From positions 27,455 to 91,454 of the forward strand of contig CAZSDK010000016.1 of NCBI GenBank assembly GCA_964605655.1: 64,000 nt of DNA. The letters are read 5' to 3'. Made by a program: the position numbers and the translations under genes. The DNA is from an uncultured Bacteroidales bacterium (GTDB lineage: Bacteria; Bacteroidota; Bacteroidia; Bacteroidales; CAIXZF01). Every line of letters begins with the position of its first letter. Within the stretch, counting starts at the first letter, position 1. This document shows positions 1-9,111 of this stretch, piece by piece. The notes under the pieces are model-generated. The model was not told the origin of the DNA. It worked only from the letters and a program-made list of their open reading frames with translations, and searched no databases.

Positions 1-2
1 TA

Positions 3-104
3 ACAGATATCGTCAGGCAGACCGTGGGTGATGTGAATCAGTATGCTGCCGGGGTGAGCCAGTCGGACGATATTACCGTGTTGGGACTAAGATACCGGCC
101 ATAG
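3..104 (+). CDS. C-terminal end of a SpoIIE/PP2C-family Ser/Thr phosphatase (partial, runs in from the window start)
   Basis: Frame 3 reads TDIVRQTVGDVNQYAAGVSQSDDITVLGLRYRP*; QSDDIT(V/L)L is the terminal motif of SpoIIE/RsbU phosphatases. Not in the ORF track. Confidence 0.75.
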   Translation, partial: TDIVRQTVGDVNQYAAGVSQSDDITVLGLRYRP

Positions 105-153
105 GAACTGCCCTTCAAACGGTAGTCCGGCCCTCACAACCCTGTTTGGTCTT

Positions 154-1806
154 ATGACCTGTTTACCCAACCATCATCATTCTCTGTCAACTTCATTCAG
201 ATCGGATGCAGGCCTTTCGCTCATACTGCTGTTACCTGTGCTCATTCTTTACCTTTTACACGGATTATCGACTTTTTTTACGGGAGGTCTGCCTACCTGG
301 TTTTTACAGTACGACCAGGCTTTCTATATGGCGTCCGCCAGGGAATATGCCGACCAGGGCAGCCTCATCTTTTATTCCAACCCTGCCGATCCGGGGCTCC
401 ATCCCCCTGCCATCTATTTCCAGCTGCCTGTCTTTTTGTTATCCATCCTTTGGAGAATCACCGGTATTAACCCGGGTATATTACTGGTAATCTTTGGTTT
501 AGCATCTGCATGGTGGTGCTTTCTTACAGGAGTCAGGTTCTGGAGATCTTATACCCGGCCGGGGAAAGGCCCGGTGTGGCCAGGTCTTCTCATGTTCAGC
601 TGGGGTGGCGGATTATTGGCTTGTGGCGGCCTCCTTTACCTTCTTTTCAGAGGGGGAGACTTGTCGACCCTGTTCCATTTTGATCCTACCGGGGGATGGT
701 GGTTCCAGAATTGGGGAAGGAACATGGTCCTGCCGCTGGAAGCCTTCTATCACGCGCTTTTTCTTAACATCCTGTTTCATATTTACCAGAAAAAATACTG
801 GAATTCAATTGTTTACTTACTCCTCCTGGCACTATCCCATCCCTTTTCAGGATTACAGGCCACGTTGATCATGCTTGCCTGGGCATGCCTGAAGAAAATA
901 CTTTTTAAAGACCAAACCCTTTCGTGGTGGCATCTGTTATCCATTTCGGCACTGCTCACCGGGCAGTTGTACTATTACTTTATTTACCTGCAGTCTTTTT
1001 CCAGTCACCGTGAAGTGTACGAACAATGGCAACTCCCTCTGAACCTCGGCCTGGTTCCGGCCTTGCTTGCCTACACACCGGTCGCCATTGCGGCCATACG
1101 GAGTTCCTTCCTTAAGAAAGGAAGGGTTTGGGAGGACTTCAACGGGTTTCTCATCATTGCTGCAGTGGTTACTTTCCTGCTGATGTTCCACCAGTGGTTC
1201 ATGCAGGCCCATCAGCCGCTTCATTTCTCCCGGGGCTATCTGTGGCTGTTCCTCTTCCTGTTAGGATATTCTTCTTTCAAAGACCTGATAGCCTTGTTCA
1301 ACAGTTACAGACCACTTACACGTAGCATGCTGACCCTCCTCTTTTTCCTTCTGTTCTTTTTAGATAACCTCGGTTGGTTCACCGTACAGGGAATCCATCA
1401 GTTGAAAGGCACGTCCCTGCATCTGAGCCGGGATGAGAAGGAAGTGATTGGTTACCTGAAGGAACATACTACAAACCAAACGATTTTATTCAGTGAGGAT
1501 CAGAAAATGAGTTACCTGGCCCTGGTGTATTCTCCCGTGAGATCGTATTATTCCCACTGGGCGAACACTCCCGCCATCAGAAAGAAGATCCGGAATACCG
1601 GTTTGTTTTTCCATACCGGTCAGGTACCGGAGGGTTTCGATGATCGAGAGGTCCTGTTGTTGCTTCCGGTGCAACCCAAAGCGAATAATCCCTTTCAGCA
1701 AAAACTCAGTGAGAACTACTCCATTTGCTTTCAAACCCAAGATCATCTGATCTTCAGGTCCAGAATTCCCGTCAAGCAAGCTTTACAGGGAAAAGCTTTT
1801 CCTTAA
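154..1806 (+). CDS. Polytopic membrane protein, GT-C glycosyltransferase-like
   Basis: 550 aa with about 11-13 hydrophobic segments; acidic/aromatic first loop (LQYDQAFYMASAREY) and a soluble C-terminal tail. Confidence 0.5.
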   Translation: MTCLPNHHHSLSTSFRSDAGLSLILLLPVLILYLLHGLSTFFTGGLPTWFLQYDQAFYMASAREYADQGSLIFYSNPADPGLHPPAIYFQLPVFLLSILWRITGINPGILLVIFGLASAWWCFLTGVRFWRSYTRPGKGPVWPGLLMFSWGGGLLACGGLLYLLFRGGDLSTLFHFDPTGGWWFQNWGRNMVLPLEAFYHALFLNILFHIYQKKYWNSIVYLLLLALSHPFSGLQATLIMLAWACLKKILFKDQTLSWWHLLSISALLTGQLYYYFIYLQSFSSHREVYEQWQLPLNLGLVPALLAYTPVAIAAIRSSFLKKGRVWEDFNGFLIIAAVVTFLLMFHQWFMQAHQPLHFSRGYLWLFLFLLGYSSFKDLIALFNSYRPLTRSMLTLLFFLLFFLDNLGWFTVQGIHQLKGTSLHLSRDEKEVIGYLKEHTTNQTILFSEDQKMSYLALVYSPVRSYYSHWANTPAIRKKIRNTGLFFHTGQVPEGFDDREVLLLLPVQPKANNPFQQKLSENYSICFQTQDHLIFRSRIPVKQALQGKAFP

Positions 1807-1883
1807 ATGTTTGGCTGTTGCGTGAACAATTTTCAAAATATTTGGTTAATAAGTGATACTAATGTGATTTATAATCAAACGCC

Positions 1884-2357
1884 ATGATGAACACCATCTT
1901 ATTTATTGCAGGAGTCCTTGCGGGAGCAGGATTATTGTTTTTCATCCTTTATGCAAAAGCTCCCTCTATGATGATCTTAGAGAACGAGTCAAAATACTCC
2001 CTGGCGGAGACAGAAGAAAAGCTCGTGCAGAAAGCCACCGATATGGGTTGGAGAATCCCGACGATCCATGACTTGCAGCAGACCATGGACAAGAATGGCT
2101 TCGAGGTGTTGCCCGTAAAAGTCCTTGAGATGTGTAAACCGGTTTATGCCCACGAGATCCTTTCCAGGGACCAGGAAAAAGTGGTGTCCAGCCTTATGCC
2201 CTGCCGCATCGCCATCTATCAGAAATCAGACGGCAAGGTTTTTATTTCGAGAATGAACTCCGGACTAATGGCTAAACCCATGAAAGGAGTGATCCCCGCC
2301 ATCATGAAAAAAGCCACCGATGATGTGGAACTCATAATATCTGACCTGAAAAAGTAA
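1884..2357 (+). CDS. DUF302 domain protein
   Basis: N-terminal TM helix, then IHDLQQTM...VLEMCKP...SLMPCRIAIYQKSDGKVFISRMN, typical of DUF302. Confidence 0.85.
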   Translation: MMNTILFIAGVLAGAGLLFFILYAKAPSMMILENESKYSLAETEEKLVQKATDMGWRIPTIHDLQQTMDKNGFEVLPVKVLEMCKPVYAHEILSRDQEKVVSSLMPCRIAIYQKSDGKVFISRMNSGLMAKPMKGVIPAIMKKATDDVELIISDLKK

Positions 2358-2364
2358 GGTTCCC

Positions 2365-2631
2365 ATGGATTCACCGAAAGGAAACAGCAAAAAAAGATAC
2401 CTGACACCCTGGTCTTTAGCAGGATTGGTGGTTGGTGCTATCGGAGGCTGTGTTTATTACCTGAAAGTCGGTTGTGTCTCAGGGTCCTGCCCAATCTGGT
2501 CCTCACCCTGGCTCAGTATGGGCTGGGGTGCTGCCATGGGATATCTTTTGGGAGACCTGATCCCGTATAAAAAGAAAGCGGCGGGTGATGGCGGGGAAGC
2601 CCCCTACTCTCCTGAGGAGAAGGAGTACTGA
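2365..2631 (+). CDS. DUF6132-like small membrane protein
   Basis: GAIGGCVYYLKVGCVSGSCPIWSSPW; the GC.SG.CPI motif is characteristic of this Bacteroidota family. Confidence 0.7.
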   Translation: MDSPKGNSKKRYLTPWSLAGLVVGAIGGCVYYLKVGCVSGSCPIWSSPWLSMGWGAAMGYLLGDLIPYKKKAAGDGGEAPYSPEEKEY

Positions 2632-2634
2632 CCA

Positions 2635-2970
2635 TTATTTTTTCTTCGGGTTTTTCCCTTTGGAAACCAGATGGTAAGAGTGGTCAATCATTTCATGGAT
2701 CTGATCGTCTGAAAGACTTCCGTCGATAAGCACTGTGTTCCAATGCTTTTTATTCATGTGGTATCCCGGGATCACACAGGGATACTGCTCTCTCCATTCC
2801 AAAGCCCTTTCCGGGTCACATTTCACATTGATGCTTAATGAGGCATCCAGGGAAGTCAGAAGGAATATTTTATTCAATACCTTGAATACCAGGGTATCTT
2901 CGTCAAAAGGAAAACTTTCGCTCACCCCGGGTTTGGAGAGACAATACTCGCGGAGGGTTTCTATATTCAT
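2635..2970 (-). CDS. MmcQ/YjbR family protein
   Basis: ESFPFDEDTLVFKV...NVKCDPE...PGYHMNKKHWNTV. Confidence 0.92.
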   Translation of the reverse strand: MNIETLREYCLSKPGVSESFPFDEDTLVFKVLNKIFLLTSLDASLSINVKCDPERALEWREQYPCVIPGYHMNKKHWNTVLIDGSLSDDQIHEMIDHSYHLVSKGKNPKKK

Positions 2971-3021
2971 ATTTTTATTATATTGATAATCAAAATGCTG
3001 CTCAAGGAGAAGTAAGAGAGT

Positions 3022-3053
3022 TTTGGTAATTCAAAACTGTGTCCTTATCTTTG
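3022..3053 (+). promoter_or_regulatory. Bacteroidota sigma70 promoter (-33 TTTG / -7 TATCTTTG)
   Basis: TTTG at 3022-3025, a 20-nt spacer and TATCTTTG at 3046-3053, 53 nt before the carboxyltransferase ATG. Confidence 0.75.
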
Positions 3054-3106
3054 CCTAAATTGGTGCGGAATTGACGTGAAGAAAAGTTTCACCAAATTTA
3101 ATCAAT

Positions 3107-4654
3107 ATGTCACTTCGACAAAAGACCCTGGATTTAAAGCGCCGTATGCAGGAAGCTCTGCAAGGCGGTGGTTCCCAGGCTATTGAAAAGCAGAAGCAGA
3201 TTGGTAAGATGACGGCCCGTGAAAGGATACTGACCATTCTGGATCCCAAATCCTTTCATGAGTACGATCTTTTTGTGGAACATGCCGGCAAGGACTTCGA
3301 CATGGACAAGAAGTACCTACCCGGTGACGGGGTGGTTACCGGAACTGGGACCATTTACGGGCATCCGGTATGTATTTTTGCCCAGGACTTCACGGTTGCC
3401 GGGGGATCGCTGGGTTATATGCATGCCAAGAAGATCACCAAGATCATGGACCATGCCATGAAGCTGAAGATTCCCCTAATCGGGATCAACGACAGCGGGG
3501 GTGCGAGGATACAGGAAGGGGTGAACTCCCTGGCCGGCTATGGGGAGATCTTTTACCGCAACACCCAGGCATCTGGGTTTATTCCCCAGATTTCTGTCAT
3601 TCTGGGTCCCTGTGCCGGAGGTGCCGTGTATTCTCCCGCTCTGACCGACTTCGTATTTGTGGTTGATAAAATCTCGAAGATGTTCATCACCGGCCCGGAA
3701 GTCATCAAGACCGTACTGGGAGAAGAAATCTCTATGGAGGAGCTGGGAGGTGCCAGGGTACAATGTGAGATCGCCGGGAATGCTCATTTCTTTGCTGAAA
3801 GCGAAAGGGAGTGCTTCGACCAGATCAAACAGCTGATCACTTTCATTCCCTGGAACAACGAGAGAAAGGCAGAGGCTTTTCCAAAAAGACCTCCCAAGAC
3901 CCGACAGTACAAGATCGACGATATCATGCCTTCCGACCCTAAGCAGCCTTATGATGTGAGGAACATCATCAGGGCCATGGTGGATGATTCCGAGTTTCTT
4001 GAGGTCCAGGAGTTGTTTGCCAGGAACATCGTCATCGGATTCGCCCGTATGTCGGGAGAAACCGTTGGTTTTGTAGCCAACCAGCCCATCGCCCTTGCCG
4101 GGGTTTTGGATGTGGACTCCTCCGACAAAGCTGCCCGGTTTATCCGCTTTTGTGACGCTTTTAACGTACCCCTGGTCACCCTGGTCGACCTGCCCGGTTA
4201 CCTGCCCGGTATCGACCAGGAACATGCAGGAGTTATCCGTCATGGGGCCAAGGTCCTGTACGCCTATTCGGAAGCTACCGTTCCCAAAATCACTGTTATA
4301 CTCAGGAAAGCTTATGGCGGAGGTTATATCGCCATGTGTTCCTCCCATCTGCGGGCCGACTTCGTATTTGCCTGGCCTACCGCAGAAATCGCAGTGATGG
4401 GGCCTGAGGGTGCCGCCAATATCATTTTCAGGAATGAGATCAAGAATGCTGAAAATCCTGAAGAAGTCAGAAGACAAAAGATCAAGGAATACAAGAAGAA
4501 ATTTGCCAACCCCTATGTGGCTGCTGCTTATGGTTACATCGACGCGGTGATTGAACCCACCGAAACCAGACACTTCGTGGTTCATGCCCTGGAAATCTCC
4601 AAACAAAAATCTGTCAGACGTTCGTTCAAGAAACATGGGATCCCTCCCTTCTAA
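3107..4654 (+). CDS. Acyl-CoA carboxylase/decarboxylase carboxyltransferase (beta) subunit, PccB/MmdA family
   Basis: GKMTARERI, GDGVVTG.G.I.G..V..FAQDFTV.GGSLG, NDSGGARIQEG, GPCAGGAVYSPA, RKAYGG, KKHG.PPF. Confidence 0.95.
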   Translation: MSLRQKTLDLKRRMQEALQGGGSQAIEKQKQIGKMTARERILTILDPKSFHEYDLFVEHAGKDFDMDKKYLPGDGVVTGTGTIYGHPVCIFAQDFTVAGGSLGYMHAKKITKIMDHAMKLKIPLIGINDSGGARIQEGVNSLAGYGEIFYRNTQASGFIPQISVILGPCAGGAVYSPALTDFVFVVDKISKMFITGPEVIKTVLGEEISMEELGGARVQCEIAGNAHFFAESERECFDQIKQLITFIPWNNERKAEAFPKRPPKTRQYKIDDIMPSDPKQPYDVRNIIRAMVDDSEFLEVQELFARNIVIGFARMSGETVGFVANQPIALAGVLDVDSSDKAARFIRFCDAFNVPLVTLVDLPGYLPGIDQEHAGVIRHGAKVLYAYSEATVPKITVILRKAYGGGYIAMCSSHLRADFVFAWPTAEIAVMGPEGAANIIFRNEIKNAENPEEVRRQKIKEYKKKFANPYVAAAYGYIDAVIEPTETRHFVVHALEISKQKSVRRSFKKHGIPPF

Positions 4655-4666
4655 TTCCCTGAAAAT

Positions 4667-4993
4667 ATGAGCGATAAGACAGATAAAAACCAGTACATCA
4701 CCCTCTCTCTGGAGTTCGACAAGTTCAAGACCCTGCCGACAGTCAAGTATCTGAAGCGGAAACCCTATGCTCCCGTCAATAAAAAAAAGGTGACCGCTTT
4801 TATACCAGGTGTCATCAAAAAAATCCTGGTGGAAGAAAAAAAGAAGGTCGTTATTGGCCAACCGCTGCTGATCCTTGATGCCATGAAGATGAACAACCAG
4901 ATCCTCTCAGAGGTTAACGGGGTGGTGAAGAAGGTGAACGTTAAAGAAGGAGAACTGGTGACCAAGAGCCAGGTCCTGATGGAGCTAAAATAG
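4667..4993 (+). CDS. Biotin carboxyl carrier protein
   Basis: AFIPGVIKKILV...LLILDAMKMNNQI.S...GVVKKVNVKEG; AMKM biotinylation motif. Confidence 0.9.
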   Translation: MSDKTDKNQYITLSLEFDKFKTLPTVKYLKRKPYAPVNKKKVTAFIPGVIKKILVEEKKKVVIGQPLLILDAMKMNNQILSEVNGVVKKVNVKEGELVTKSQVLMELK

Positions 4994-5002
4994 ATACTTC
5001 AA

Positions 5003-5605
5003 TTACCGGGTGAAAATAGGATTGGTCGTTTCGATCATTCCGAGAATTTGTTCCCTTCCCGTGAGACTTATTGAAGAAGTGACAATGCTGGGCGGGAGTT
5101 CTTCCCACTCCTTCAGCATGATTTCCTTGTATGTCATTATGTTGCTGATCAACTCACCCTTCCCGAGTTTATCGGATTTGGTAAAGACCAGCGTAAACGG
5201 GAGTTGTTCTGTGGCCATCCATTCCATAAATGACTGGTCTATAACCTGCGGACGATGCCTGCAATCGACAAGTACAAAAGTATTGAGCAGATTCTTCCTG
5301 TTGAGCAGGTAGCGGGTGATCAGAGGTGCAAAGGTGCTGCGGACGGCTTTCGAGGTCCTGGCATACCCATAACCCGGCAAGTCGGCCAGGTACCAGGCCT
5401 CATTGATAAGAAAATGGTTGATGAGCCTGGTCTTACCAGGGGTCACCGAGGTTTTTGCCAGGCCCTTTTTCTGGGTCAGCATGTTGATCAGTGAAGACTT
5501 GCCCACATTGGAACGTCCAATGAAGGCATATTCCGGCAATGTATCAGGCGGACATTTTTTATGATCGTCTGAACTTTTGACAAACACTGCAGACCGGATA
5601 TCCAT
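5003..5605 (-). CDS. engB: Ribosome biogenesis GTPase YihA/YsxC
   Basis: PEYAFIGRSNVGKSSLIN, DLPGYGY, FTKSDK. Confidence 0.96.
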   Translation of the reverse strand: MDIRSAVFVKSSDDHKKCPPDTLPEYAFIGRSNVGKSSLINMLTQKKGLAKTSVTPGKTRLINHFLINEAWYLADLPGYGYARTSKAVRSTFAPLITRYLLNRKNLLNTFVLVDCRHRPQVIDQSFMEWMATEQLPFTLVFTKSDKLGKGELISNIMTYKEIMLKEWEELPPSIVTSSISLTGREQILGMIETTNPIFTR

Positions 5606-5619
5606 TTTAAGAGGATGTT

Positions 5620-6540
5620 CTATTGTACACTCAGGTGCCGTTCTTTTTTGGCCGGGTGAATATCGTTGATGGTGACCAGGATGCCTGTTTCTTCCACGTT
5701 GCCGAAACCAGGGTTTAGGGCTGTTCCAAAGGTTTTCATGGTGGTGGAGAGGTTCATGTAGGCATTCACCAGGGGCGGTACATTTTCACCCAGTTTTCTG
5801 ACTTCCTGGATGAGGGTCTTAAAATTCTCCTCGTAAGTACTTCCTGTAAAAGGTTTTGACAACAGTTCCGGGTCATGCTCCAAGGGCAAAGGGTGGATGG
5901 GTGTGACCAAATGATCAGGATCGGGAAAGAAACGGTAAAGGAAATAGAGGATATAGTCTCTGGCCAGGATATTGTAATGCCTGTACATGGTTATTTTACC
6001 GAAAAAATAAGCGACCTCTGGATTTTGCATGATGATGGCTCCCAGTCCGTCCCAGATATTGTCAAGTGCAAACATTCCTTTACGGATATCCTGCTGCGGT
6101 TGATAGGCAGGTTGAACGAAGGAACGCCCCAGTTCGATGGTCCAGGGCCAATAATTCTGCGTGAAATTCTCCGAGAAGCGGAACAGCTCAGCAGTAGGTG
6201 TCAGTACCTGGAAGTTCTCATCATGAAGGCTGTCTGCCCCATTGAAGAACCTGTATCCGCCAACGATTTCACTTTCCCTTGGGTTCCAGACGATCAGTTG
6301 TTGAAACGGAGGCGACATGGAATCAAACTCATCCATATCGACTGGTTTTCCGGTACCTCCTCCGGCCGACCTGAAGGTGAGCTCCCTCAGCCGGCCGATT
6401 TCCATCATGACATTGGGGGCATTTTCATGATTGACAATGAAGATCTGGTTGTTACCATTATTGGTGTTCTTCACAAATCGCCCGGGAGTCAGTTCCTGGA
6501 TGAGCAATTCCGGAGGAACAGGGTCTATGATCTTTTCCAT
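5620..6540 (-). CDS. GNAT (Acetyltransf_5/OlsB-like) N-acyltransferase, likely glycine-lipid synthase GlsB-type
   Basis: EIGRLRELTFR.AGGGTG...DMDEFD, IVGGYR, IELGRSFVQP.YQ, VPPLVNAYM. Confidence 0.75.
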   Translation of the reverse strand: MEKIIDPVPPELLIQELTPGRFVKNTNNGNNQIFIVNHENAPNVMMEIGRLRELTFRSAGGGTGKPVDMDEFDSMSPPFQQLIVWNPRESEIVGGYRFFNGADSLHDENFQVLTPTAELFRFSENFTQNYWPWTIELGRSFVQPAYQPQQDIRKGMFALDNIWDGLGAIIMQNPEVAYFFGKITMYRHYNILARDYILYFLYRFFPDPDHLVTPIHPLPLEHDPELLSKPFTGSTYEENFKTLIQEVRKLGENVPPLVNAYMNLSTTMKTFGTALNPGFGNVEETGILVTINDIHPAKKERHLSVQ

Positions 6541-6574
6541 AGGTAAGATATTGCAAGCGTTCCGGATATTCTAT

Positions 6575-7465
6575 TTAACTCTGAAGGGTTTCACTTTGTT
6601 GCGTGGCATGGATGAGTCCGTCAAAATCATCAACACCTTTACCCAGTCGGTACACATGTTCTTTCACCAGTGTTGCCCATTGAAGGTCGGTCTTATCCCT
6701 GGTAAAACCACTCCAGGGCAGGGGTTTGCCAAAGGTTATGATGAGTGTTTTGTCTTTTTGCCGGAACATCTCATCAGGGAGATAGATCATCTCGATGTTC
6801 GCTTTGATCCCCAATGATTTGCGTATCCCTGCCAGGTTGTAAAAGAAGGAAGAGTTTTTCCCTTCGATATGCGTGGGAACGATGTCCCTTTTATATTTCC
6901 TTGTTTTGGAGATGAAGGTCTTTTTCCATTCCAGATCGGTGATCTCACCGCGAATCTTTCGGGAGCATAAGCCGGCCGGAAAATACAGTATCGTCTTTTC
7001 TGAGGCAAAGGTGGCATCCATCAGCTGTATGTTTTGTGCGTTGGAGCCATGCTTGTTGATGGGAATGAACAACTCCCTGATATTGGGTAAGTTCATCAGC
7101 AGGTCGTTCACCGGGAAGACGATATCTGGATGAACTTCTCCGGCCACCTTCATCAGGGCCATGCCGTCAAGACCTCCGAGCGGGTGATTGGAAGCCACCA
7201 GGCAACGGGTAGTCTGCCGCAGGTAATCCTGACCCGACACTTTAATGTCGACTCCGAACTCTTTCAGAATCTCGCCGATGAATTCAAGCCCATGAAGGTC
7301 CCTGAGCCTTAGCATGGCATCGTTGATCTGGTCCTCATGGATCACTCTTTTGAGATAACGCATGAGAAACCCCGGGATGATCCTCAGCAGACGAGGGTTT
7401 TTCGAGGCGATCAGCTTTTCGATTTCGATAAAAGGCACCTCCTGTTTTGGTGGGTTGCCGCTCAT
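6575..7465 (-). CDS. PlsC-like O-acyltransferase, likely GlsA-type
   Basis: SNHPLGGLDG (HX4D), YFPAGLCSR, YLPDEMF; sits immediately upstream of the GNAT gene. Confidence 0.8.
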   Translation of the reverse strand: MSGNPPKQEVPFIEIEKLIASKNPRLLRIIPGFLMRYLKRVIHEDQINDAMLRLRDLHGLEFIGEILKEFGVDIKVSGQDYLRQTTRCLVASNHPLGGLDGMALMKVAGEVHPDIVFPVNDLLMNLPNIRELFIPINKHGSNAQNIQLMDATFASEKTILYFPAGLCSRKIRGEITDLEWKKTFISKTRKYKRDIVPTHIEGKNSSFFYNLAGIRKSLGIKANIEMIYLPDEMFRQKDKTLIITFGKPLPWSGFTRDKTDLQWATLVKEHVYRLGKGVDDFDGLIHATQQSETLQS

Positions 7466-7540
7466 AGACCTGGATTTTGTGGTAGTTCAAAGGCAGGATA
7501 AAAATATTAAAAAAGAGCACCCCTTGGAGGATTTATCTTC

Positions 7541-7564
7541 TCCCACTTTTTTCCACCAAAATTA
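7541..7564 (-). promoter_or_regulatory. -7 promoter (TAATTTTG) of the acyltransferase operon followed by two GTGG boxes
   Basis: Minus strand reads TAATTTTG-GTGGAAAAAA-GTGGGA; the GTGG units are 10 nt apart. Confidence 0.5.
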
Positions 7565-7647
7565 TTATCACTATATAATTGATTTTCTTCACTTTAAATA
7601 TTACAAATATTAAATATTAACAAGAAAATGAAACTTTTTTACACTTT

Positions 7648-7691
7648 GGTGGTATTAGGTGTTGATAAGTGTGTTTTTTGTATTATCTTTG
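7648..7691 (+). promoter_or_regulatory. mraZ/dcw promoter with three 10-bp-periodic GTG boxes (putative MraZ operator)
   Basis: GTG at 7649, 7659 and 7669 (GGTGGT, GGTGTT, AGTGTG), then TATCTTTG at 7684-7691. Confidence 0.6.
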
Positions 7692-7748
7692 ACCAGGTAA
7701 TTCAGCGCCGATTATTAAAAGAACCTTACACACGGAAAGCAAAGAAAA

Positions 7749-8222
7749 GTGACGAGCCTCATTGGTGAATACGAATGCAGGATGGATCCCAAGGGAAGGG
7801 TTATGATCCCTACCCAGCTCAGGAAGCAGATCCCTGAGGCTGCCCGTGACCACTTTGTGATACATCGTGGATTTGAGAAGCACCTGGTCTTATACCCTCT
7901 ATATGTTTGGAACGAGATCATAGAAGAAATCAAAAACAACTATGATCATTTTGACAAGGATCACAGACAGTTTCTCCGTTACTTCTACCGGGGAGCCATC
8001 CCGGTCGACCTCGATACGGCAAGCCGTCTTCTGATCCCCAAAAATCTGCTTGAATATGCGGGTGTTGAAAAAGACCTGGTTCTGTTTGCGGTGTTTAACC
8101 GCATTGAGATCTGGGCCAAGGACGCCTATAACCAGTTACTCTCAGACGAACCAGAAGATTTCGCCAGGTTAGCTCAGGAAGTAATGGGGAAAAAGCATAA
8201 TCAGGCAGACCATGTATCATAA
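7749..8222 (+). CDS. mraZ: Division/cell-wall cluster repressor MraZ
   Basis: GEYECRMDPKGRVMIP, LDTASRLLIP, NRIEIW; GTG start. Confidence 0.95.
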   Translation: MTSLIGEYECRMDPKGRVMIPTQLRKQIPEAARDHFVIHRGFEKHLVLYPLYVWNEIIEEIKNNYDHFDKDHRQFLRYFYRGAIPVDLDTASRLLIPKNLLEYAGVEKDLVLFAVFNRIEIWAKDAYNQLLSDEPEDFARLAQEVMGKKHNQADHVS

Positions 8223-9105
8223 TCCAGTTCTATTAAAAGAAAGCATCGAGGGCCTGGCAGTCAGGCCCGAAGGGATCTACATCGATGCCACCTTCGGCGG
8301 GGGCGGTCATACCCGTGCCATCCTCGACAAGCTGACTACCGGGAGGCTGATCGCCTTCGACCAGGATGAAGCGACACAATCGAACCTGATCGAGGACGAA
8401 CGCTTCATCCTGATTAACCGTAACTTTCGTTATCTCATCCATTTTCTCCGGTATCTGGAAGCCATCCCCGTCGACGGGATCCTGGCCGACCTGGGCATCT
8501 CCTCCTACCAGATCGACACGCCCTCCCGCGGTTTCTCCACCAGGTTCGAAGGCCCTATCGACCTGAGAATGAACCAGAAACTGAAAATATCGGCCAAAGA
8601 AGTCCTGAATACCTACGAAACCGATAAACTGGCAGAGGTCTTTGCCACCTACGGCGAACTGGAGAACCCGTCCCGTATTGCCTCACTGATCGTAGAGTAC
8701 CGGAAAAATAAGGAGATCTCCACCACCGATCAGCTTAAGGATGCCATCCGGCAGGCCGTGCCCCGGAGCCGCGAAAACCAGTTCCTGGCCCAGGTATTCC
8801 AAGCCCTCCGTATTGAAGTGAATGCCGAAATGGAATCGCTGCAGGATCTCCTGGAACAATCGTTGCAGGTCCTCAAACCCAATGGCCGCCTGGCCGTCAT
8901 CTCCTACCATAGCCTGGAAGACCGCATGGTAAAGAACTTCATCAGGGCCGGTAATGTGAATGGTAACGTCAGCAAGGACTTCTACGGCAACCAGCTGACC
9001 TCCATCAAGCCGGTGAACCGCAAACCCATCACTCCCTCTGAAGAAGAACTGTCAAAAAACCCCAGATCAAGATCTGCCAAACTAAGAATTGCCGAAAGGA
9101 TCTGA
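8212..9105 (+). CDS. rsmH: 16S rRNA m4C1402 methyltransferase
   Basis: HNPVLL.E, DATFGGGGH, DLGISSYQID, ISYHSLEDR, NPRSRSAKLR. Confidence 0.97.
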   Translation: MYHNPVLLKESIEGLAVRPEGIYIDATFGGGGHTRAILDKLTTGRLIAFDQDEATQSNLIEDERFILINRNFRYLIHFLRYLEAIPVDGILADLGISSYQIDTPSRGFSTRFEGPIDLRMNQKLKISAKEVLNTYETDKLAEVFATYGELENPSRIASLIVEYRKNKEISTTDQLKDAIRQAVPRSRENQFLAQVFQALRIEVNAEMESLQDLLEQSLQVLKPNGRLAVISYHSLEDRMVKNFIRAGNVNGNVSKDFYGNQLTSIKPVNRKPITPSEEELSKNPRSRSAKLRIAERI

Positions 9106-9111
9106 CACGCC

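Noticed and set aside
3476-4861. 461-aa minus-strand ORF
   Set aside because: Antisense shadow of the well-conserved carboxyltransferase gene; no recognisable motifs
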